64,000 bases of DNA from Fidelibacterota bacterium (lineage in GTDB: Bacteria; Fidelibacterota; Marinisomatia; Marinisomatales; Marinisomataceae): positions 50,642-114,641 of the forward strand of contig JADHQL010000002.1 in the NCBI GenBank assembly GCA_016777965.1, in the 5' to 3' direction. The notes below the pieces were generated by a model. It was not told the DNA's origin, did not search any database, and worked only from the letters and a program-made list of their open reading frames with translations. Shown in pieces: positions 1-9,135 of the stretch (the stretch's first letter is position 1; each line of letters starts with the position of its first letter). The translations under genes and the position numbers were made by a program.

Positions 1-471
1 TTTATATATTGGGATTTTTTGAAGACTTTCATCGTTAGGAATATATTCTTTAATTGTATTTAATTCCTCTCTAGATAAATATAGAAAAGATATATCTTCA
101 TTATCTTTGAATCTATCGTACAGTTCAGCCATTGATGGCATTTCAGCTAAGCAAGGATTACACCATGTAGCCCAATAATTAATAAAAAGATTTTTCCCCT
201 TAAAATCTTGAATTGAAAAAATATTTCCATCGAGATTTGAGAATTGCAATACATTAGTGTCAAAATCAATATTTGTAATTTTCATATTTTCTGGAGAAGG
301 AGCTTCAAGCTTAGGAGGTTCCATTATTTCATTCAGATAAAGTATAGAAAGTTCTTTATATCGACTTTTATATTTTTTATAGTCGTTATTAGTATCGATA
401 TATTTATAGGATAAAAAAGCTAAACATAAAACCAAGACTCCAATTATTGCATATAGTTTTTTTGAGCTCAT
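1..471 (-). CDS. TlpA/ResA-like thiol:disulfide oxidoreductase (thioredoxin fold); C-terminal part runs off the window
   Basis: Absent from the ORF track because it is truncated. Hand translation of the reverse strand from ATG (471-469) gives MSSKKLYAIIGVLVLCLAFLSYKY (signal anchor) ... GKNLFINYWATWCNPCLAEMPSMAELY. The WCxPC active site sits in a typical TlpA context. Confidence 0.8.
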   Translation of the reverse strand, partial: MSSKKLYAIIGVLVLCLAFLSYKYIDTNNDYKKYKSRYKELSILYLNEIMEPPKLEAPSPENMKITNIDFDTNVLQFSNLDGNIFSIQDFKGKNLFINYWATWCNPCLAEMPSMAELYDRFKDNEDISFLYLSREELNTIKEYIPNDESLQKIPIYK

Positions 472-523
472 TTTAACTTATAATATTATAGATTTTTCAA
501 ATAAACTACTTAAATTGTTTTGT

Positions 524-727
524 ATGGAAAAATTAGGTTATTTTTTGTTAGTTGTCTTTTATGCACTTGCAATAAATTTTGCTCTTTCTGAAGTAGAGGT
601 TTTTTACCCAGACGGTCTTTTAATATTATTATTTGCAAGTGGGTTATTGATACTTTTTATTAAAGTGCTTAATGAGCGAATAAACAATAAAGACGATAAT
701 TACTACTCAAAGGAGATTGATAAATAA
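524..727 (+). CDS. small hydrophobic membrane protein, unknown function
   Basis: The track ORF 515..727 starts at TTG; the first ATG is at 524. There are two predicted TM stretches. The stop overlaps the next start (TAATG). Confidence 0.35.
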   Translation: MEKLGYFLLVVFYALAINFALSEVEVFYPDGLLILLFASGLLILFIKVLNERINNKDDNYYSKEIDK

Positions 728-1038
728 TGATAGTAACTACTCAAGACAAAATTGAAAATAAATCCATCTCTAAAGTTCTTGGAGTTGTTAGTGGGCAATC
801 AATTAGAGCTAGACATTTAGGTAAAGACATTCTTGCTGGTTTAAGAAATATTGTTGGTGGTGAAATTACCGAATATTCTAAATTGATGGCAGAGTCTAGA
901 CAGCAAGCAATGGATAGAATGATTCATCGAGCTGAAGAATTGAATGCTGATGCAATTGTTGGCGTAAGATTTACCACATCTATGCTACAAGCAGGAGCGT
1001 CTGAAATTTTCATTTATGGTACTGCAGTAAAGCTTTAA
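727..1038 (+). CDS. YbjQ/UPF0145 family protein (putative heavy-metal-binding domain)
   Basis: 103 aa. The sequence ...GVVSGQSIRARHLGKDILAGLRNIVGGEI.EY..L....R..A..RM...A..LNADAIVGVRF is the characteristic YbjQ pattern. Confidence 0.85.
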   Translation: MIVTTQDKIENKSISKVLGVVSGQSIRARHLGKDILAGLRNIVGGEITEYSKLMAESRQQAMDRMIHRAEELNADAIVGVRFTTSMLQAGASEIFIYGTAVKL

Positions 1039-1051
1039 CTATTAACGGTTT

Positions 1052-1381
1052 ATGAAAGATTCACATAAAATCCCAAAAGATGTTAAAGGTTGTTATGCTG
1101 TAATATTCTCATATCAACTAAGCAATGATTTAGAAGGGTATGCTGATATGGATCAAAAAACTATTGATGCGGTGGTAGATATTCCTGGATATCTTGGTTA
1201 TGATAAATTTGGTGACGGAAATGAGAACACATTTATATCATATTGGAAAGATATAGAAAGCATAGATATTTGGAAGAAAAATTTTTTACACATCGAAGCA
1301 AAAAAACATGGTAAACAATGGTACAAAAAAATGAGAGTTCAAACAGTTCAAATCCATGACGATATTAATTTTTGGTCATGA
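1052..1381 (+). CDS. antibiotic-biosynthesis-monooxygenase (ABM) domain-like protein
   Basis: 109 aa. ABM-like pattern: IPGYLGYD...FISYWKDIESIDIWKKNFLHIEAKKHG. Confidence 0.6.
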   Translation: MKDSHKIPKDVKGCYAVIFSYQLSNDLEGYADMDQKTIDAVVDIPGYLGYDKFGDGNENTFISYWKDIESIDIWKKNFLHIEAKKHGKQWYKKMRVQTVQIHDDINFWS

Positions 1382-1872
1382 ATCAAAAAATATTCCAGGT
1401 CAATAATCTCCATTTTTATTTTCGAATTTTATTTAATGACAATAAGCTTTTTGACTTATCATTTTCGGAAGATAAAAATAATTTAATGGAAAGGCAGTTA
1501 TCTTTAAAAATTAATAAAAATAGTTCTTCAAAATTTGCTAAAGAGGTCCAAAATCAATTGAATGCTTATTTTGCTAGAAAGTTGAAAAAATTTGATATTC
1601 CAGTTCAAATTGAAGGTTCAGATTTTTCATTAAAAGTTTTTAAGGAAATGTCCAAAATTCCATACGGAAAAACAAAAAGTTATAAGCAGGTTGCTGAAAA
1701 AATTAAAAAACCTAAATCTGCTAGAGCAGTTGGAAGAGTGAGTGGATCCAATAAAATCCCAATTATCATACCGTGCCACAGAATAGTTGGAAGTAATGGA
1801 GAGCTTGTAGGTTATAGCGGTGGAGGTGGATTGCTATTTAAATCGTATTTGCAATTATTGGAAAAATCATGA
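1378..1872 (+). CDS. ogt: methylated-DNA--protein-cysteine methyltransferase
   Basis: The active-site motif IPCHRIVG is followed by GELVGYSGG. ATG 1378 overlaps the previous stop (ATGA); the track start at 1372 is TTG. Confidence 0.9.
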   Translation: MNQKIFQVNNLHFYFRILFNDNKLFDLSFSEDKNNLMERQLSLKINKNSSSKFAKEVQNQLNAYFARKLKKFDIPVQIEGSDFSLKVFKEMSKIPYGKTKSYKQVAEKIKKPKSARAVGRVSGSNKIPIIIPCHRIVGSNGELVGYSGGGGLLFKSYLQLLEKS

Positions 1873-2849
1873 AAAAAATATTACTACTATTAATTTTTTC
1901 TCAGATTGTAGCACAGGAAACGTTAAATGAAACTATTGTTTTTGAGAGTAGAAATCCATTTTCTTTTGAAGAGGTAATCACTGATCTTGATAATCAAGAA
2001 ACACAAACTGTTACTGGAATCTTAGGATTTCCAGCAGATTTTGATGCAGAAAAAAAATATCCCCTTATTGTTGGGGTTGCTGGAAGCTTAAACTGGGGTC
2101 CACATCATTTAAATTATTTAGAAATGTATCGCTCATTAGGGTTTGCTACGTTTCAATTACAAAGTTTTGATAGTAGAGATGTTCAATCTACAGTTGGTAG
2201 TCAGGTGGAAGTCACCTCAGCAATGATGATTCTTGATAGTTATCTTGCGCTTGAAACACTGTCTACGCATCCAAATATCAATATAAATAAAGCTGGAATA
2301 ACAGGATGGAGTTTAGGAGGCACTGTGTCGTTATACTCTGCCTGGATGCCGTTAATGAATGCTATCAATAATGGAGAATTTAGATTTGCTGCTCATTTAC
2401 CAATCTATCCTGGCTGTCTCGCATATCCGTATCCTGACGAATCTATGATTTTTAGTCAAGCACCAGTGCATATTTTAATTGGTGAATTAGATGACTGGGT
2501 TCCTGCTTCTGCATGCACAAATTTTCTTGATAAATTGAACGAAAGTGGGTTACCACACAATATAGATATTACCATTTATGAAGATGCTCACCACTCTTTT
2601 GATAGAGAAATGGAACTAACTAAAATGGAGCATGGATATACGCTCGGAGATTGCTTTTTTCCAATGAATGATCAAGGTACGTTATTTTTAAGTGAATTTT
2701 GGAAAATCCCAATTAATTCTCCCACAATGCAAAAGTTAGCATTATTAACCTGTGCAGGAAGGGGTCCAACAATGGGCGGAAATGATAATGCGCGTGAAAA
2801 ATCATTTAAATTTGCTGCAGATTTTTTTAAAAAAAATCTTATGAAGTAA
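1869..2849 (+). CDS. secreted alpha/beta hydrolase (dienelactone-hydrolase-like)
   Basis: N-terminal signal peptide. Nucleophile elbow GWSLGG, then later ELDDWVP and DAHHSF, consistent with a Ser-Asp-His triad. Confidence 0.7.
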   Translation: MKKILLLLIFSQIVAQETLNETIVFESRNPFSFEEVITDLDNQETQTVTGILGFPADFDAEKKYPLIVGVAGSLNWGPHHLNYLEMYRSLGFATFQLQSFDSRDVQSTVGSQVEVTSAMMILDSYLALETLSTHPNININKAGITGWSLGGTVSLYSAWMPLMNAINNGEFRFAAHLPIYPGCLAYPYPDESMIFSQAPVHILIGELDDWVPASACTNFLDKLNESGLPHNIDITIYEDAHHSFDREMELTKMEHGYTLGDCFFPMNDQGTLFLSEFWKIPINSPTMQKLALLTCAGRGPTMGGNDNAREKSFKFAADFFKKNLMK

Positions 2850-2902
2850 TTTTTAAAAAATTCTCTTAAAAAGTAATTTTTTTCCTTAGTTTAAGTTAGG
2901 AG

Positions 2903-5293
2903 ATGCGTACAAAAATTCTATTTCTAATAATTGTTTCATTTACAATTATAAATTATGCTATTAATGCATTTTTAAAGCCAGTTGAAGTTTCATATTCTGG
3001 TATTAATACTGAGTTATCTTTATCAAATGATGTTGAGGTATTATTTGATGATTATGGCGTTCCAAGCGTTTTTGCTGAAAACGATTCTGATATGTTTAAA
3101 GTTGCTGGTTACATTGGAGCAAGAGACAGGTTATTTCAGATGGCTTTTATGAAATATGCATATAAGGGTCAATTAAGCTTAGTGGTTAATGACACATTAT
3201 TCGCTGAAGATCGCTTTTTAAGAACCTTAGGTTTTGAAAAAACTGCAAAGAAGACATTAGATAAAGTTTCTCCTAACATTATGAAGCATTTGGAAGATAC
3301 ATGTTATGGAATAAATGCGTATGTTCAAAATTTAAGTCCTAATGAATATCCTCTTGAGTTTAAGTTATTACAGATAAAAGAATTACCAGTATTTGAACCG
3401 TTGGATATTATTGCTTTAAGTACAATGATGGCCTGGGAATTGCAAGGTGGATGGGACTCAGAGCTCTTTTTTGGAGCGATTAATGAGCAGCTTGGACCTG
3501 ACTATTTAGCAGAGATATTACCCTCATATAAAGAAGATTATGTGACTATAGTTTCCAATGACGTCCTACTTAAAAGTTATCAGCAATTTGCAAGCGATAC
3601 GAAGAATTTAAGAAACCTATTAAAAACAGATAGAGATGGCTATGGTTCTAATGCATGGGCTGTATCAGGATCTAAAACAGTTTCTGGAAAACCACTATTA
3701 GCAAATGATCCTCACTTGGCCTATAATCAGCCACCATGGTGGTACGAAATACGATTAAAAAGTGACAACTTTAATTTTGGTGGTTATGGTCTGTATGGAT
3801 TTCCTTTACCAGTTATTGGACATAATGAGCATATTGGATGGGGTTTTACTAATGTGATGACTGATGATATGGATTTTTATATCGAATCATTGAATGAAGA
3901 TAAAACAAAATATTATGTTGATGGTGAATGGAGAGATTTATTAATTGAAGAAGAAGAAATCACTTTAAAATCTGGAGATGTAAGAAAAATTACTATTCGT
4001 TCGACTCACAGAGGTCCAATTATTAGCAAGATTCACAGAGATGCTAAAGCTTTAAATAAGGCTATATCATTTCAATGGACAGAATATGATGCTTTTGATG
4101 AGACTACAGCATTGTTTATGCTAGCTCAAGCATCTAATTGGGAGGAATTTTCTGAGGCTTCTAAAATGTTTGGTGCTCCTGGACAGAATTGGACATATGC
4201 TGATAAGGAAGGGAATATTGGTTGGAGACCTAGTTCAAAGGTCCCTATAAGGCTTGATGCTGAAATGCTAATTCCTTTTGATGGCACTACCACAAAGCAT
4301 GATTGGCAGGGCTACATTCCATTTGATGAGATGCCATATTCTTTTAATCCTGATAAAGGATATGTTTCGAACGGAAACAATAAAATTATTGGGGATGAAT
4401 ATCCATACTATATATCAAGATATTGGGCAGATCCAAGTCGTGGAGAGCAGATCGATAGAAGATTAAGAATCGATGCTAAATTTGATGTTGATGATATGAA
4501 ATCTGTGCTCAATGATATTACCTCGCCATTTGGAGAAGAATATGCTCCAATTTTTACTGAAAATTATACGCTAGGTTTTTCAGATGAAGGGGATGAGATT
4601 TATAGCATGTTAAAAGGATGGGATGGCGTTGAATCTATTAATTCAGATGCTACAGTAGCCTTCCATGCAGTATATCTTCAATTAGTTCAAAATCTATTTC
4701 AAGATGAACTGTTTAGCTTTAGTAATGATTCGTTTGACACATTTTATAGCTTGAAATACATCCGTTCACTAGCTATAAGAAAAATATTTGATGGTGAGGC
4801 TACATTATGGGTAGATAATGTGTTAACTGATGAACAAGAAACATTAAATGATATTGTGAATAAGTCTTTTCATGATGCACATGTATTTCTTTCAGAAAAG
4901 TATGGAAATCCCAAAGATTTAACATGGGGTCAAGTACACCAAGTTACTTATCGTCACCGTCTTGATAAAGATCCATTGGTAAAAAGATTAATTAATTTTA
5001 GCGTTGGGCCATATCCTATGGCAGGATCAGGTATGACTCCAAGAGCAGCAAGTTATTCTGTGAGCGAGCCATTCAATGTTCGAGCTGGGTCTTCTATGAG
5101 AAGAGTGATTGATTTTTCAGATTTTGATAATGGATTTAGTATTTTACCAACTGGACAGTCAGGATTATTTAGATCAAAGCACTATGATGATCAAACTGAC
5201 ATGTACAATAATGGAGAATTTAAACCATTCATGTTTAATTATGATGCTCTTAATGAAGTAAAATCTTCTAAAATGACTTTCAAATCGAAATAA
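2903..5293 (+). CDS. penicillin acylase family protein (Ntn hydrolase; possible acyl-homoserine-lactone or other N-acyl amidase)
   Basis: 796 aa with a signal anchor. The internal autoprocessing site ...DGYGSNAWAVSG matches the beta-subunit N-terminal Ser-Asn motif. Overall size is typical of the family. Confidence 0.85.
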   Translation: MRTKILFLIIVSFTIINYAINAFLKPVEVSYSGINTELSLSNDVEVLFDDYGVPSVFAENDSDMFKVAGYIGARDRLFQMAFMKYAYKGQLSLVVNDTLFAEDRFLRTLGFEKTAKKTLDKVSPNIMKHLEDTCYGINAYVQNLSPNEYPLEFKLLQIKELPVFEPLDIIALSTMMAWELQGGWDSELFFGAINEQLGPDYLAEILPSYKEDYVTIVSNDVLLKSYQQFASDTKNLRNLLKTDRDGYGSNAWAVSGSKTVSGKPLLANDPHLAYNQPPWWYEIRLKSDNFNFGGYGLYGFPLPVIGHNEHIGWGFTNVMTDDMDFYIESLNEDKTKYYVDGEWRDLLIEEEEITLKSGDVRKITIRSTHRGPIISKIHRDAKALNKAISFQWTEYDAFDETTALFMLAQASNWEEFSEASKMFGAPGQNWTYADKEGNIGWRPSSKVPIRLDAEMLIPFDGTTTKHDWQGYIPFDEMPYSFNPDKGYVSNGNNKIIGDEYPYYISRYWADPSRGEQIDRRLRIDAKFDVDDMKSVLNDITSPFGEEYAPIFTENYTLGFSDEGDEIYSMLKGWDGVESINSDATVAFHAVYLQLVQNLFQDELFSFSNDSFDTFYSLKYIRSLAIRKIFDGEATLWVDNVLTDEQETLNDIVNKSFHDAHVFLSEKYGNPKDLTWGQVHQVTYRHRLDKDPLVKRLINFSVGPYPMAGSGMTPRAASYSVSEPFNVRAGSSMRRVIDFSDFDNGFSILPTGQSGLFRSKHYDDQTDMYNNGEFKPFMFNYDALNEVKSSKMTFKSK

Positions 5294-5301
5294 AATTTTT
5301 C

Positions 5302-5330
5302 TTGAATCCCTACAAATAGGTGTTTAAACT
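5302..5330 (+). promoter_or_regulatory. candidate sigma70-like promoter (TTGAAT-17 nt-TAAACT)
   Basis: TTGAAT at 5302-5307 and TAAACT at 5325-5330 with a 17-nt spacer. This would place the transcription start near the leader ATG (5337). Pattern match only, and such matches are easy to find in AT-rich DNA. Confidence 0.25.
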
Positions 5331-5336
5331 AATCCA

Positions 5337-5396
5337 ATGAGAAAATTTTATAACTATTATTTTTATTTTATAAGCAGGGGGACTGTAGACGCCTAA
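5337..5396 (+). CDS. 19-codon Phe/Tyr-rich leader peptide MRKFYNYYFYFISRGTVDA (candidate attenuation leader of the aromatic operon)
   Basis: Hand-read: ATG AGA AAA TTT TAT AAC TAT TAT TTT TAT TTT ATA AGC AGG GGG ACT GTA GAC GCC TAA. An in-frame stop lies at 5325-5327 upstream. AGGTG at 5318-5322 is a possible SD. The ORF is too short for the ORF track. Confidence 0.6.
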   Translation: MRKFYNYYFYFISRGTVDA

Positions 5397-5452
5397 CGGT
5401 AAATTTATATCGATTCTACACAAACCCTAGTAAAACCCGCTAGGGTTTTTTG
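5376..5452 (+). promoter_or_regulatory. candidate antiterminator/terminator switch of the leader region
   Basis: Antiterminator pairing: AGGG (5376-5379) plus TGTAGA (5384-5389) with TCTACA (5415-5420) plus CCCT (5425-5428). It shares 5425-5428 with the terminator 5' arm, so the two folds exclude each other. Folded by hand only. Confidence 0.45.
5423..5452 (+). terminator. intrinsic terminator hairpin with U-tract, upstream of chorismate mutase
   Basis: AACCCTAG (5423-5430) pairs with CTAGGGTT (5440-5447) around a 9-nt loop. A T-run extends to 5451. The hairpin lies 17 nt before ATG 5469. Confidence 0.7.
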
Positions 5453-5468
5453 TTATATGGAGGAAATT

Positions 5469-5729
5469 ATGAATGAAAAAATATTAAAAAACAGAGATAG
5501 AATAGATAATGCTGATGAACAAATCTTTGATTTACTGTTGCAAAGGTTGGATGCGGTAACAGCTATTGGTCATATAAAAAAGCTAGAAGGTTTACCAGTT
5601 CTAGATCAAGAAAGAGAAAATGCAATCTATGCCAAAATTGAGGCGCGTTTTTCTGCCGCAGAAGCTAGCTTTTTAAAATCAATTTATCAGTCAATCATAT
5701 CAGAATCAAAAAAAGTAGAGGAGTTATAA
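5469..5729 (+). CDS. chorismate mutase (stand-alone AroQ class)
   Basis: About 86 aa. R..ID..D..I..LL..R......IG..K is the AroQ pattern. ATG 5469 is preceded by GGAGG (5459-5463); an alternative ATG at 5457 is the track start. Confidence 0.85.
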   Translation: MNEKILKNRDRIDNADEQIFDLLLQRLDAVTAIGHIKKLEGLPVLDQERENAIYAKIEARFSAAEASFLKSIYQSIISESKKVEEL

Positions 5730-7069
5730 TGTCAAAGTGGTCCAAAGATTCTTGGAAAAACTTCAAGATTAAACATATTCCACAATACAATGATTTAGAT
5801 CAGCTTGAAAAAGCATTAAAGAAGCTAGAAGGATTTCCACCATTAGTTTTTGCCGGAGAATGTAGAAATTTAAAAGAAGACCTTGCTAAGGCTAGTAAGG
5901 GTGATGCATTCTTAGTTCAGGGTGGAGATTGTGCTGAAAGCTTTAAGGAATTTAATGCAAATAATATTCGAGATACTTTTAGAGTTATTTTACAAATAAG
6001 CGCTGTAATAACTGCAAAACTAAAAGTACCAGTCATAAAGCTTGGAAGAATTGCTGGACAATTTGCCAAGCCAAGATCTTCTGATTTAGAAACAATAGAT
6101 GGAAAAACTTTGAACAGTTATTTTGGAGATTCAATTAATAGTATTGAATTTTCTGAGGAAAAAAGAGAGCCAAATCCTGCAAGACTATTGAGAGCATATT
6201 CTCAGTCTGCTTCAACTTTAAATTTACTGAGATCCTTTGCGCAGGGTGGTTTTGCAAATTTACGTAAAGTGAACTCGTGGAATATGGGATTTGTTAAGGC
6301 GAGTAAAGAGGGTAAAAAGTATGAGGAAATAGCTGCCAAAATTAATGAATACTTAGATTTTATGGATGCTGTGGGAGTTAATACATCAACTGTCATTGAC
6401 TTAAATACTGTAGAGTTTTTTACAAGTCATGAAGGATTACATCTTCCATACGAAGCAGCATTAACACGCGTAGATTCACTTACAAACGAGGTTTATTGTA
6501 CTTCAGCACACTTTGTGTGGATTGGAGATAGAACTCGCTTTGTTGATAGTGCTCATGTAGAATTTTGCAGAGGTATAAGCAATCCGATTGGTATCAAGTG
6601 TGGACCAAGCCTTGATCCTGAAGAATTGATTAAGATTATTGATATTATCAATCCTCAAAATGAAGCTGGTAAAATTTCATTAATATTAAGGTATGGTAAA
6701 GATATTATTGACGATTACTTGCCTGGATTAGTTGAAGTAATTATGAAAAATAATAAAAATGTATTGTGGATCTCTGACCCAATGCATGGAAATACAGTCA
6801 AATCTTCCTCAGGTTTAAAAACTCGAGATTTTAATGCTTTGCTAATTGAAACATCAAAAGCAATTAAAATTCTTAAAGATAAAGGTTGTCATTTAGGTGG
6901 GATTCATTTAGAGATGACAGGACAAAATGTTACTGAATGTACTGGAGGAATTTATAAAGTAAGCGACAAAGATTTAAGTTCAAGATATCATACGCATTGT
7001 GACCCAAGATTGAATGCTAATCAAGCACTAGAGTTGTCATTTAATATTGCAAAGGAATTGCAAAGATAA
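5729..7069 (+). CDS. 3-deoxy-7-phosphoheptulonate (DAHP) synthase, class II
   Basis: 446 aa. The N-terminus W.....K..PQY.D...L......L...PPLVFAGE...L...LA....G.AFLVQGGDCAESF is typical of class II (plant/actinobacterial type). TAATG overlap with the upstream gene. Confidence 0.9.
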   Translation: MSKWSKDSWKNFKIKHIPQYNDLDQLEKALKKLEGFPPLVFAGECRNLKEDLAKASKGDAFLVQGGDCAESFKEFNANNIRDTFRVILQISAVITAKLKVPVIKLGRIAGQFAKPRSSDLETIDGKTLNSYFGDSINSIEFSEEKREPNPARLLRAYSQSASTLNLLRSFAQGGFANLRKVNSWNMGFVKASKEGKKYEEIAAKINEYLDFMDAVGVNTSTVIDLNTVEFFTSHEGLHLPYEAALTRVDSLTNEVYCTSAHFVWIGDRTRFVDSAHVEFCRGISNPIGIKCGPSLDPEELIKIIDIINPQNEAGKISLILRYGKDIIDDYLPGLVEVIMKNNKNVLWISDPMHGNTVKSSSGLKTRDFNALLIETSKAIKILKDKGCHLGGIHLEMTGQNVTECTGGIYKVSDKDLSSRYHTHCDPRLNANQALELSFNIAKELQR

Positions 7070-8320
7070 ATGCAAGTTCAAGGAACATTACAACTTCCAG
7101 GAGATAAATCTATTTCTCATAGAGCAATAATGCTTTCAGCGATAGCTGATGGAGTTAGTTATGTTAGAAATCTAAATGATGGAGCTGACCTTCAATCCAC
7201 AATAAATATTTTGAGAGATTGCGGAGCTTCAATTAAACAAAATGAGAATGAGATTATAATTTACGGAAAAGAACTTTATTCACCGTCTAAAGAACTTGAT
7301 TGCGGTAATTCAGGTACAACAACTAGACTAATTGCAGGCCTATTATCATCCCAAAAATTATCATTTACCTTGATAGGAGATAAATCATTGTCAAGAAGAC
7401 CTATGAAGCGAATAATCACACCTTTGGTACAAATGGGTTGTAAAATTTCCTCGAATGATGGATTATTGCCTTTGTCAATAGATGCTTCTGATGGTGTTAG
7501 TGCTATACATTATAATATGAAAGTTGCAAGTGCCCAGGTTAAATCAAGTATACTTTTTTCCGCATTAGGCGGAAATAATGTATCAAGTGTTAATGAGATT
7601 ATTCCGACAAGAAATCATTCAGAAATTATGTTAAAGAATATGGGAGCATCAATTGAAAGTGAAGGAAGTAAAATTATAGTTTATCCAATCAAATCCAAGT
7701 TAAAGTCGATTGATATTTCTGTACCCTCTGATCCATCCTCAGCAGCATTTTTTGTTGCTTTGGCAGTTATTAATAACAATTCAAATTTAAAGCTGACTAA
7801 TGTATTACTTAACGATTCCAGAATTGGATTTATTGAAGTTTTAAATAAAATGAATTGTTTAATAACAAAATCAAATGAGTCAGTTCATAATGGTGAAAAG
7901 GTAGGAGATTTAACTATTAGCGCATCTAATCTTAAAGCAATAGAAATTGAATCAAAAACTATACCATCAATCATAGATGAAGTGCCAATATTAGCTGTTG
8001 TAGCAGCTTTTGCAAAAGGCATAACGGTTTTTAAAAGTGTAGAAGAGTTAAAATATAAAGAATGTGATAGGTTAAGCGCAATTATACATAATCTAGAAGC
8101 ATTTGGAATCAACGCATATGAAAAAAATAATGACTTATTTGTCGAGGGAGGTAAGGTAGAAAGAATGTCTAAAATAACTACCTTTGATGATCATAGGATT
8201 GCTATGGCATTCACAATTTTAAGCCTTACTTCTTTTGAAAAATATGAGCTTGATAATATGCAATGCGTTGATATTTCATTACCAAATTTCTTCAATTATC
8301 TTAGCGAGGTAACCAAATGA
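7070..8320 (+). CDS. aroA: 3-phosphoshikimate 1-carboxyvinyltransferase (EPSP synthase)
   Basis: LPGDKSISHRAIMLSA, GNSGTTTRL, and a C-terminal DHRIAMAF. Confidence 0.95.
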   Translation: MQVQGTLQLPGDKSISHRAIMLSAIADGVSYVRNLNDGADLQSTINILRDCGASIKQNENEIIIYGKELYSPSKELDCGNSGTTTRLIAGLLSSQKLSFTLIGDKSLSRRPMKRIITPLVQMGCKISSNDGLLPLSIDASDGVSAIHYNMKVASAQVKSSILFSALGGNNVSSVNEIIPTRNHSEIMLKNMGASIESEGSKIIVYPIKSKLKSIDISVPSDPSSAAFFVALAVINNNSNLKLTNVLLNDSRIGFIEVLNKMNCLITKSNESVHNGEKVGDLTISASNLKAIEIESKTIPSIIDEVPILAVVAAFAKGITVFKSVEELKYKECDRLSAIIHNLEAFGINAYEKNNDLFVEGGKVERMSKITTFDDHRIAMAFTILSLTSFEKYELDNMQCVDISLPNFFNYLSEVTK

Positions 8321-9135
8321 AATTTGCAGTGATAGGAAACCCCATCGATAAAAGTTTAAGCCCTCAGCTTCATGAAATTCTTTATGAGAAATTGAATATT
8401 TTGAACTGTACTTTTGAAAAAATTCATATAGAAAATGATAAGCTTGATGATTTTTTTAATAATGATTTTGGTTTATTTAATGGTATTAATGTTACTATTC
8501 CGTTCAAAAGTAGAGTAGTAAAGTTTTTGGATGATATTGACGATGAGGCAAAAATATTAGATAATGTGAACTGTATATCAAAATCAAATAATATGATTTG
8601 TGGATTTAATACTGATAAGTATGGATTTGATATGCTGTTAAATAAAAATGTTATAGTTATAAAGGGAAGTAGCTGTATTGTTCTTGGCGCAGGATCGTCT
8701 GCAAAAACTGTAGTTAAATGCTTAATTGATAAGGGAGTTGATAGGATTATTATAAAAAATAGATCTATCGATAATGCTCACAAGCTTCAAAATTTTGCTC
8801 ATACCCTTGGTTTCAATAATATAGATTTATTTAATTCTAATCATGCAATTTTTGATATTGCAATTAATACAACTCCAATAGGAATGTATAAGAAAGACTG
8901 TGACAATTTTTTTGATATTCCTATCCAAGATCATGCAGTATTAATCGATCTAATTTATACCTCTAAAGAGACTTCATTTTTAAAAAAATTTAATAAATGT
9001 TCCAAAAAGATAAATGGGCTTGATATGTTTATTTTTCAAGCTTTGAAGTCTATTGAAATTTGGAGAGAAACTAACTATAATTTGGATTCACAAATTGAGT
9101 CTGTAAGAAAACAATTGGAGAACTTAAAATGTTAA
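8317..9135 (+). CDS. aroE: shikimate dehydrogenase
   Basis: VIGNPI.KSLSP..H at the N-terminus, NVTIPFK, and the Rossmann motif VLGAGSSAK. 4-nt overlap with aroA. Confidence 0.9.
   Translation: MKFAVIGNPIDKSLSPQLHEILYEKLNILNCTFEKIHIENDKLDDFFNNDFGLFNGINVTIPFKSRVVKFLDDIDDEAKILDNVNCISKSNNMICGFNTDKYGFDMLLNKNVIVIKGSSCIVLGAGSSAKTVVKCLIDKGVDRIIIKNRSIDNAHKLQNFAHTLGFNNIDLFNSNHAIFDIAINTTPIGMYKKDCDNFFDIPIQDHAVLIDLIYTSKETSFLKKFNKCSKKINGLDMFIFQALKSIEIWRETNYNLDSQIESVRKQLENLKC

Noticed and set aside
4278-4466. Internal same-strand and alternative-frame ORFs inside large genes (4278-4466, 22486-22710, 34914-35120, 57479-57676)
   Set aside because: These are out-of-frame ORFs nested in well-supported CDSs. 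I saw no slippery sequence or frameshift signal that would suggest recoding.
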